DNA from: a virus
Taxonomy: Duplodnaviria; Caudoviricetes
IMG/VR virus record: IMGVR_UViG_3300049893_001527
Location: 1 to 61,641 of that record
Length of the DNA: 61,641 nucleotides
Direction: 5' to 3' (one strand)
Below the pieces are notes generated by a model. That model did not search any database. It saw only the letters and a list, made by a program, of their open reading frames with translations, and was not told the origin of the DNA. Position 1 is the first letter of the stretch. Every line of letters begins with the position of its first letter. This document shows positions 54,087 through 61,641 of this stretch, piece after piece. The translations under genes were made by a program, and so were the position numbers.

Positions 54087-56012
54087 ATGGCTACCATTTC
54101 GGAAGCTGCTAGAGAATTAATTAATAGACAATGGGAAGAATTGTGTAAATTGTTGGGATATAAGTCATCTATTCCGTTGGGTGACTTTATTTCTAGTGAG
54201 CAAAGCAAAGATATAGAAAATCTGGGTACTGGTGCTGGTGTTTTAAAAGAATTTGCCGATAACTCCTTTTTTCTTAAGTCAATCAAAGAAGGCCAAAATA
54301 TTGTTGTTGATAATAATACTGATGAAATTGTAATTAATGCCGTACAGTCTACTTACGGTAATCATGTTGTACCTGCAACGGGCTCTAGGGCGGATTTGGT
54401 AACTGCTATAGAATCCTTAAGTGGAAATAATGGTACAGTACATATAGTTCAAAATACAACTATAGATACTGCCAATGTAACAGTACCTAGTAACGTGCAT
54501 TTAATTATAGAACCAACGGCTAAGTTGATTGGTAGTAACGATAAGAAAATAATTGTAGACGGAACGTTAGAGGCGTCTGCTCATCAAATATTTCAGGGAT
54601 TTGGTGCTACCGATGTAGTATTGCGTGGTCCCATTGACCGTATTTATCCACAATGGTTTGGAGCCAAAGCCGATGGCGTGACAGACGATACCGCTGCTAT
54701 TCAAGCAGCTATTAATGCGGCTAAAATCGAAATATCAACAGCATCTAAAACGGTGTATTTTTTGCCGGGTGTTTACTTGGTAAAGGGGACGTTGACGGTA
54801 TCTGGTACTGGTACGTTATTGGTTGGGGAACATTGGCGTAAATCGGCTATTCGGCATTCCCCAATTGTTGCTAATACCGATTGTGTGGTGTTTGAATATG
54901 CAACACCGTATGGTCATGGCAATGGATTTCAGGGATTGTTAGTAGAATCTACTACGACAAATAGCCGTAGGTTGTTGTCGGTAATAAATCAACACACATT
55001 CGCTGCTAGCGATTTTTATGTATCTGGTGGTGGATTTGCGAAAACGGGTATATATTTAGATTATTTAGTTAATTGTGTTTTTAAGAATTTTAAAAGTAAT
55101 GATTTTAGCGGGGTTGGGTGTCAGGGTGTGGAATCTGGACTTAATTCTTCTACAACTTGTAGCTTTAAAAAGGGTTATATTGGTTCAAACAAAAACGGAA
55201 TGGTTTTAAATGGTAGTACGTGGTTTTTGGAAGATACAATTATTGAATCTAACTCAAATGTGGGTATTTTTTTAGAAGCAGCGAATGTTGACTTAAGTAA
55301 TTGCCATTTTGAGAATAATCCTGTAGCGTCTATTTATTCTGGCACAAGTGGTAATATAAATAGCTATAGGTCTATTTATTTGGTCGGAATTTCTGGTACT
55401 CCAACAGCACAAATAGATATAAAATCAGGGAAATTTAATAGTTTTGGTGATTCTTGGTCCGGCAATTGTCCTTTGGTTAGATTAAATAGAGATGGCGTTA
55501 AACAATTAAATACCGAAGCAGCTATATTTAATTTAAATATTCCATTCAATTTCCCCGATGTAGTAGAAATTGTTAAAGATGATTCGGGCGTAATAGCTGG
55601 CACGCCTAGCTGGAAAGACCATTCGTCTTTGTATGGTCAATTTTGCGGTTCTGCGCCTATTATACGAGAAAGTTCTGCTGTTTTAAATGGTGGTGTTAGT
55701 TCATTAATGATTTTATCCGATGGGGGGGCTAGATGGCTGTTGAATGGCAGCATTACGGTTGATAAGCCTACTGCTTCGAATGGATCAACCCCAACTACGC
55801 AAACTTTGCATAATAAACGTTTTCAATTTATGTTTGAGCAAGGCGCGGGGGGCGGAAAAACCGTAGCTTTTAATCCTACTTATTGGAAACTATTGCAAGC
55901 GGTGCCAAATGGGGCAATAGCTACCGCTGGCCAACGTTTAACTGTTTGGTTTAAATATGAAGCCGACATAGGCTTATGGGTTCAGGATACTCCATTTTTG
56001 GGATGGGGTTAA
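54087..56012 (+). CDS. Tailspike / receptor-binding protein with pectate-lyase-like beta-helix
   Basis: WFGAKADGVTDDTAAIQAAI, VYFLPGVY, N/G-rich beta-helix; shared N-terminal anchor. Confidence 0.85.
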   Translation: MATISEAARELINRQWEELCKLLGYKSSIPLGDFISSEQSKDIENLGTGAGVLKEFADNSFFLKSIKEGQNIVVDNNTDEIVINAVQSTYGNHVVPATGSRADLVTAIESLSGNNGTVHIVQNTTIDTANVTVPSNVHLIIEPTAKLIGSNDKKIIVDGTLEASAHQIFQGFGATDVVLRGPIDRIYPQWFGAKADGVTDDTAAIQAAINAAKIEISTASKTVYFLPGVYLVKGTLTVSGTGTLLVGEHWRKSAIRHSPIVANTDCVVFEYATPYGHGNGFQGLLVESTTTNSRRLLSVINQHTFAASDFYVSGGGFAKTGIYLDYLVNCVFKNFKSNDFSGVGCQGVESGLNSSTTCSFKKGYIGSNKNGMVLNGSTWFLEDTIIESNSNVGIFLEAANVDLSNCHFENNPVASIYSGTSGNINSYRSIYLVGISGTPTAQIDIKSGKFNSFGDSWSGNCPLVRLNRDGVKQLNTEAAIFNLNIPFNFPDVVEIVKDDSGVIAGTPSWKDHSSLYGQFCGSAPIIRESSAVLNGGVSSLMILSDGGARWLLNGSITVDKPTASNGSTPTTQTLHNKRFQFMFEQGAGGGKTVAFNPTYWKLLQAVPNGAIATAGQRLTVWFKYEADIGLWVQDTPFLGWG

Positions 56013-56017
56013 ACAAA

Positions 56018-56047
56018 GGCTATCAATCTTTACGGCATTGGGGATTA
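56018..56047 (+). repeat. 30-bp direct repeat, copy 2
   Basis: Identical to 54053-54082. Confidence 0.95.
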
Positions 56048-56048
56048 T

Positions 56049-57683
56049 ATGCCTAAATATTTAGACGCCAATTACGGTGAATTACTAGATCGGACAATAA
56101 ACCAATTACTTAAGACCCAAGGTTTAAAGGAATTACCATTTAGTTTTAGCGAAGCAATCAATAAAACTGACCCAAGTATTGCTATAGCTACTAGAACCAT
56201 ATTTGTCAGCCCCCTAAACGGTGACGACAATAATGATGGTTTAAGTGTCAGTACCCCCCTTAGAACCTTGACTGCCGCGCAAAATATAATACCTAATCCA
56301 ATGGTGGGTAGTATAACAATTAGAGTAATCGGTGGTGGAGTATTACCGGGTATTAGTTGGCGTAAAATGGGGGCTACTAAAGGGTCTACTTTAATTATTG
56401 GAACAAATTTCCCGGGGCTGGTAACCAATGCTAATATAGATACAACTACCTACAATGTTTTAGCTACTGGCACTATTAGCTCTAATGCTTCTGATCCAGA
56501 CAACGCCAATAATACCGCTACGGCATTCCAATCACAAAACTGGACGGTAACGGTTGCTGGTACTCCATTTACCCCCAATGCATTTAAAGGTAAATGGATA
56601 TGGTTTACTAGTTTAAATACTGGCTCAACTCAAGCGGCTGTGTTAAGACAAGTTATATCAAACACAAATAATACCATTGAATTTGCTAGAAATGGCGCTA
56701 CTATAACAAATGGTCATACCTTTAGTATTATAGACGTAACTACTACCATGACCAACACTATTTGGCAAGGTCAATCGCAAGTAACATTTGCGGTACAAGG
56801 CATGGCTATGTCTGGTACGGGTGGGGGAATTAATTGGGTTGCTGGATATGATTCACAATTATTTTTGACTAGTGTTAGACAAACCTTTAGTGGAACAAAT
56901 GTATTGATAGTTGGTGGGGGATTTAGGGCTATTTACAGCAATTGTCATTTAAAGTTCAATAATACTGGCATAGTTGGCTTTGTTCCTAGAAGTGCTGGAT
57001 TAACTATTAATTTTTCTGGTTGTTATTTGGAATCTAGTACGGCTACTCTAATACAAATGTTGGATGATTATGGGGCAGGGGATGTTCAGGCAGAATTCAT
57101 AGCTTCTACCATAGATTTTTCTACTGGCGCAGATTGGTATATTTATGGGTCGCAAGTCAGAATCTTACCTAAATGTAAACTAGGTACTATATTTATAGGT
57201 TACGGCAGTAATATTTATGGTACTGTAAGTGGACCATTTATAATGCCTACTGGATTAAACAAACCAGCCATTAGGGCATTTGGGCCAGTAATTGTAGATT
57301 TAAATACATTCAGGGTAAATATGAATACCAGTACGGCACCAGCTATTATAGCTGAAACCGGGGCTGTTATAAATATTGGTGAATTAAGTGGGCATTCCAA
57401 TGGTGGGGTAGTTAACACAAGCCATTCAGCATTATATGCTAAAAACGGTGGTATAATCAGGGTTGCTGTAACAGCCGATACACAATTAGTTGGCAATGTT
57501 GGTCGATTTGTTTGTGAAGCCCGCGACGGTGGTAGTGTTATATTTAATAATAGCTTTAGAGGTAATTGGACTGGCACATTAGGTTTTGCTAGTGTAGACG
57601 GGGTAACCCCTGTAGCTAGTGGGGCTTTACCAGTAGGTAGTGCAACGGAATTTAGTAGAATATACGAATCTAATACGGTGTAA
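56049..57683 (+). CDS. Tail fibre / spike protein with beta-helix
   Basis: IFVSP.NGDD.NDGL....PLRTL.AA cap motif; T/N/G-rich. Confidence 0.75.
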   Translation: MPKYLDANYGELLDRTINQLLKTQGLKELPFSFSEAINKTDPSIAIATRTIFVSPLNGDDNNDGLSVSTPLRTLTAAQNIIPNPMVGSITIRVIGGGVLPGISWRKMGATKGSTLIIGTNFPGLVTNANIDTTTYNVLATGTISSNASDPDNANNTATAFQSQNWTVTVAGTPFTPNAFKGKWIWFTSLNTGSTQAAVLRQVISNTNNTIEFARNGATITNGHTFSIIDVTTTMTNTIWQGQSQVTFAVQGMAMSGTGGGINWVAGYDSQLFLTSVRQTFSGTNVLIVGGGFRAIYSNCHLKFNNTGIVGFVPRSAGLTINFSGCYLESSTATLIQMLDDYGAGDVQAEFIASTIDFSTGADWYIYGSQVRILPKCKLGTIFIGYGSNIYGTVSGPFIMPTGLNKPAIRAFGPVIVDLNTFRVNMNTSTAPAIIAETGAVINIGELSGHSNGGVVNTSHSALYAKNGGIIRVAVTADTQLVGNVGRFVCEARDGGSVIFNNSFRGNWTGTLGFASVDGVTPVASGALPVGSATEFSRIYESNTV

Positions 57684-57685
57684 TA

Positions 57686-59995
57686 ATGGCTATTAATGAC
57701 GTAGACAAAGACTTATTAAATAGAGCTTGGTCCCAACTAATGAAACAATTAGGATGGGGGGATATTATTCAATTAGGGGATATTCTCCAAGCCGAGCAAG
57801 TATCTACCATTAATGAAGTTAGTCAAGGAGCCAATGTTGGGGCAGGTAGTGGAATATTCAAAACCAAGGATGCCAATACCCTACAATTTAAAACTTTAGT
57901 AGCTGGACCCAATATGGGTTTGACGCCAGCAGCGGATACTATTACTATTACAACAAATAGTGAAATCAATACTGCATCCAATATTGGAACCGGAAGTGGT
58001 ATTTTCAAGGACAAATCAGGGGTAGACTTACGATTTAAGTCTTTGAAGGCTGGACCGAATATTACTTTAGTTAGTAATCCCAACGACATTACAATTGAAG
58101 CATCTGTTTCGGATAATACTGTAATAAATGTTAAAAGCTATGGTGCAGTAGGTGATGGTGTTACGGATGATACCGCTGCTATTCAATCAGCTTTGGACGC
58201 TATACCAGCGGCGGGCCCAACTGGTTTGGTGGCCGCCGAAGTAATATTTCCACCCGGTATTTATTTAATTAAGAGTCCCGGTTTGACTATTACCGCCAAA
58301 CAGGGTTTTACTATTACTGGTGGTTCAGACGTATCATTTCTTTATGACAGCGATACAGTAAATACAAGTGTTTGGAACATTATAGCTTGTTATTATGGAG
58401 TATTCAACGATATAACTGTTAGCCCTACGGCTGTTGGTTATGCCAAAGCAGGCTTTAGGATTGGTTCGCCACTTGGTAGACATACCTTTAATCGTTGTGG
58501 GGTAACTGGAAGCCACAACAACATACAGCCTTATCACATACAATACGGTTTTTGGACTGAACCAACTAACGGTGACGCCAATAATGACCACCATGTATTT
58601 AATACTTGTAGTGTTTCGGAATGTCGGGTAGGTTGGTGGATTAACCACACTCAATCAAAAGCCATTAGATTTTATGGTTGTATAGACCATTCAAGAGATT
58701 ACGGTGTTTTGTCTGAGGGCAGCTATTTCTGGCGTGACGGCAGTATGTCTAATCACGAAATTTCAGATTTTGCCCAAACAAACATTTCTGGTAACGACCC
58801 TATTATTATTTCGGGTTTAAATAGTGAATCATCGAAACGGTTATTTCAGGTTGGGGCATTTAGCGCAGATGGTAGTGTTCCTAATAGTTCTGCCGCTAAT
58901 GCCAATTATTTTAGCGTTACATTTGAGGGAGTTAGATTTGATTGTGATAACTTGGCCTTGGAGGGTATCGAGAACCTAGATGGCACTAATCCACAAGTAC
59001 GATTAAATGTTGTCCCTACAGCAGATGAATTAGACGGCTTACATGGCACGGTAGGTTGGGGGGCTCCCATTAATTTCCGCCAAATGGGGCCGGTCAACAT
59101 TATTGGGTGTCGTTTTGGGGCGGGGAACCCGGGTGCAGCAGGGGCTAGACGGGCGAAGATTAGCGTATTTGGTGGACAGCCCGAAGTAAATATAATAGGG
59201 TCATCATTTATTGGGGACGATCCTAGGGTATCCCCTGTTTTGGGGGCTATAGGTGGTAGTACATTTGGGCCTTTTACTAGTTCATCTAAAATAAATATAG
59301 TAGGTAGTAGTATGTTGGTTTCGGTGGCGACCCCTAATTATACTTGGCCAGTAGGCGTAACACATATGCCAATTGGGACACCGGATTTTTGGGCTTCTAC
59401 TGAATGGCACGGGTGGTATGGGCAAACTTATCCATTACCGGCATATAGGGGACACAACAGGATTAGATTGGCCGATAACTTAACAACCTTTAGTATACCA
59501 GACGGTGTAGCTCCGGGGGAATTAATAACTTTGGAATTCGTGCAGCACGATTTCTGGACTGGTTATACGGTTAGTTTGGCGTCAGCTACCAACATTGTAT
59601 TAGCTAATCCACATTTCTTTATGACCCCTGAAATCAACACAACTGTTAGTATAACATTGAGGTGGGATTATTTAATAAAGAAATGGGTTGAAATAGCTAG
59701 GTCTAATTTGGGGGTTATTAGACTAGACAGATCCGACAGTAGTGGTGCGCCGGGAAATGCAACAATTAATAAACCGAGTGGGGTATCTGCTATTGCGGCT
59801 GGGGCTAGTAGTGTAGTTATTAGTAACAATCTAGTGACTAGTTCTAGCAATATATTTGCAGTAATAAAACAAGCTGTAGCAGATGCTACATTAACGCAAA
59901 TTTTGCGCGTTAGTAGTGGGGCAGGTACATTTACCATATATGGTAATGCTATAGCGACAGGTAATGTGACCGTTAGTTGGTTTATAGTTAATTAA
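57686..59995 (+). CDS. Tailspike / receptor-binding protein with pectate-lyase-like beta-helix
   Basis: Two N.G.G.GIFK.K....L.FK.L.AG.N repeats; NVKSYGAVGDGVTDDTAAIQ; FPPGIY. Confidence 0.85.
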   Translation: MAINDVDKDLLNRAWSQLMKQLGWGDIIQLGDILQAEQVSTINEVSQGANVGAGSGIFKTKDANTLQFKTLVAGPNMGLTPAADTITITTNSEINTASNIGTGSGIFKDKSGVDLRFKSLKAGPNITLVSNPNDITIEASVSDNTVINVKSYGAVGDGVTDDTAAIQSALDAIPAAGPTGLVAAEVIFPPGIYLIKSPGLTITAKQGFTITGGSDVSFLYDSDTVNTSVWNIIACYYGVFNDITVSPTAVGYAKAGFRIGSPLGRHTFNRCGVTGSHNNIQPYHIQYGFWTEPTNGDANNDHHVFNTCSVSECRVGWWINHTQSKAIRFYGCIDHSRDYGVLSEGSYFWRDGSMSNHEISDFAQTNISGNDPIIISGLNSESSKRLFQVGAFSADGSVPNSSAANANYFSVTFEGVRFDCDNLALEGIENLDGTNPQVRLNVVPTADELDGLHGTVGWGAPINFRQMGPVNIIGCRFGAGNPGAAGARRAKISVFGGQPEVNIIGSSFIGDDPRVSPVLGAIGGSTFGPFTSSSKINIVGSSMLVSVATPNYTWPVGVTHMPIGTPDFWASTEWHGWYGQTYPLPAYRGHNRIRLADNLTTFSIPDGVAPGELITLEFVQHDFWTGYTVSLASATNIVLANPHFFMTPEINTTVSITLRWDYLIKKWVEIARSNLGVIRLDRSDSSGAPGNATINKPSGVSAIAAGASSVVISNNLVTSSSNIFAVIKQAVADATLTQILRVSSGAGTFTIYGNAIATGNVTVSWFIVN

Positions 59996-60006
59996 AGGGT
60001 AATAAA

Positions 60007-61641
60007 ATGGCTATTAGTGAATATACCGCAGAACAAATAAACAAAGCTTGGGCTTCATTAATGAACCTATTAGGGTTCAAACAAGGCATTGAACTCGGCA
60101 CTATATTACGCCAAGAAGAAACCGATATCCCTACTGGTGGTACTACGGGGCAAGTATTAGCTAAAGCCAGCAATACAGACCTAGACCTAGAATGGATTAC
60201 TAGTGGGGGTGGGTCAGGTAATTCTGGTTATTTGTTTGGGAGTGGTTATGATGGGGATGTTACTTTAACGTCGGGGCATATATTGGGTGTGCCGATGTAT
60301 AATAACTTAACTATTGATGGCACAGTAAGCATGGCCAACAATCCTTTGTTTGTTAAAGATACATTAACTATTAACGTTGGAGCAGTTTTACACGCTAATG
60401 GAGCCGATGGTGGGAATGCACAAGAAATCGAAGAAGGGCGTTATGGTAGAGCTTTGTTTATGCAAAGTAATACCCAATATGATGATGAAGGTAATGGGTG
60501 GGGCGGCACCGATGGTGGTACTGGTTCGGTATCAATAGCTGTTACCGATTTGGATTTTAACGGAAATACTATTACAGATGGTTTGACTATTATTGTGTAC
60601 GATGGAGCTTTAACTAAAACATTTGAATTCGATGATAATGCCGCTGTTACACCCGGCAATATTTCTGTAACATTAGACGTAAATGCTGAAATTACTGCGA
60701 CCAATTTCGAAAATGCCGTTAATGGTGCCGGTATGGCTGTTGGGGCCACTAGAAATGTTATGGTAGTTACTTTAACACATACAATAGCGGGGGCTGCATT
60801 AGACACTACTGGTACAGCAATTGCAGCATTAGGGGCTTTTGCTGAAATAGCTCAACCATTGGGGTCTTGGCTTGCAGCAGATGATCCTCAATCAATAACA
60901 GATCCGGTATGGGGTCCATACGATATTTTAGTGGATATAGGTACTGGTGGCAATGGTGGTGCTGCTACGGTTGCTGGTTTAGCTGGTGGTATCGCTACTA
61001 GGGTATTTAGGCAAGAAAATTTGCTACGTTTGTCGTCGTCAATACCATGGGTATCCGATTTTAATGATTGGCGACGTTTGGAAACTCATTTTGGTGGGCA
61101 GGGCGGGAGGGCAGGTACAGCAAATGGCGATGCAACTAGTGGTGCTGGCGGGGGAGGGGGGGCTGCTGGATCAATTATACATATATTAGCTAAAAATATA
61201 GTCAATAACGGAACTATTCAATCTAATGGCGGCAATGGTGGTAATGGTGGGGATGCCACAAACTATTCAGTACCACGATTACAATCACAGGGGTCTTTTA
61301 ATACGACAGGCCAACCAGTAGTAGAAGGCGATTTGTTTACTGTAGATGATGGTGTTATTAGTGTAACATTTGAGGCTGATTCAGATTCAATAGTAGGTGG
61401 TGGCAATACTCCCGTAACATTTGATAGTGTGTATTCAGAATTCTTCAAAGTAAATCTTGTGGCTGCTATTAATGACTCTGCTTTAAACGTAACTTCTTAT
61501 TATTCGTTCGGAACCATAGAAATCATACACAATGATTTCGGTGTCAACGATAACGCTTTGGTTACCACTTCGGCTGCTTTTTCCGCTAATGGTTTGGCTA
61601 ATGGAAATGCAGGAACCCCCGGTAGTGGTTATGGTGAAGCT
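60007..61641 (+). CDS. Gly-rich tail fibre-like protein, partial (runs off the right edge)
   Basis: MAISEYTAEQINKAW...; IPTGGTTGQVLAK, FG.G.DG, GGNGG repeats; no stop before the window end, so absent from the ORF track. Confidence 0.85.
   Translation, partial: MAISEYTAEQINKAWASLMNLLGFKQGIELGTILRQEETDIPTGGTTGQVLAKASNTDLDLEWITSGGGSGNSGYLFGSGYDGDVTLTSGHILGVPMYNNLTIDGTVSMANNPLFVKDTLTINVGAVLHANGADGGNAQEIEEGRYGRALFMQSNTQYDDEGNGWGGTDGGTGSVSIAVTDLDFNGNTITDGLTIIVYDGALTKTFEFDDNAAVTPGNISVTLDVNAEITATNFENAVNGAGMAVGATRNVMVVTLTHTIAGAALDTTGTAIAALGAFAEIAQPLGSWLAADDPQSITDPVWGPYDILVDIGTGGNGGAATVAGLAGGIATRVFRQENLLRLSSSIPWVSDFNDWRRLETHFGGQGGRAGTANGDATSGAGGGGGAAGSIIHILAKNIVNNGTIQSNGGNGGNGGDATNYSVPRLQSQGSFNTTGQPVVEGDLFTVDDGVISVTFEADSDSIVGGGNTPVTFDSVYSEFFKVNLVAAINDSALNVTSYYSFGTIEIIHNDFGVNDNALVTTSAAFSANGLANGNAGTPGSGYGEA

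Noticed and set aside
54053-56047. 30-bp repeats as attL/attR of an integrated element next to tmRNA
   Set aside because: The repeat is not the tmRNA 3' end, no integrase is present, and it consists of promoter plus RBS
216-61448. Many short antisense or alternate-frame ORFs in the track (e.g. 216..449, 12690..13055, 19295..19714, 42786..43229)
   Set aside because: Shadows of long, motif-bearing genes; no RBS or recognisable motifs
1-61641. Stop-codon recoding (alternative genetic code)
   Set aside because: Core genes are full length in the standard code, coding density is high and no CTA/TCA/TTA suppressor tRNA was found
1-61641. CRISPR array, DGR or retron
   Set aside because: No regularly spaced repeat-spacer array, no reverse transcriptase, and no adenine-specific TR/VR pair seen; the 42919/43417 repeats are in-frame domain duplications

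Overview
This window is part of a large, AT-rich, contractile-tailed (myovirus-like) bacteriophage genome read in the standard code. Its head genes resemble the SPO1/Twort (Herelleviridae) type. From left to right: (1) Two divergent early operons driven by back-to-back perfect sigma70 promoters at about 5.06-5.13 kb. Leftward are a GroEL-like chaperonin, a small membrane protein, a Zn-ribbon protein, a C39 peptidase and SbcC/gp46. Rightward are a P-loop kinase, a UvsW-like helicase, a sigma factor lacking region 4.2, a GroES-like protein, SbcD/gp47 and the terminase. (2) A head module: portal, prohead protease fused to a PI3K/HipA-like kinase domain, scaffold and major capsid. (3) An inserted early cassette (thyX, dNMP kinase). 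(4) Neck genes interleaved with large low-complexity or enzyme-like proteins (SLT plus kinase, degenerate mCpol-like domain). (5) Sheath, a Kelch-like protein and tube. (6) A ~10 kb array of 22 tRNAs, a tmRNA, several unexplained tRNA-like or structured RNAs and small ORFs. (7) Four tailspike/fibre genes sharing an N-terminal anchor. The best candidate for a new system is a set of late, head-associated cargo proteins punctuated by L-x-K-[S/A/G] motifs that match the capsid propeptide site. With neighbouring head-module genes they carry kinase, lytic transglycosylase and apparently dead nucleotide-cyclase (mCpol/GGDEF) domains. Many are preceded by a short AATCT late-promoter motif. All family calls are by eye from motifs; no searches were run.
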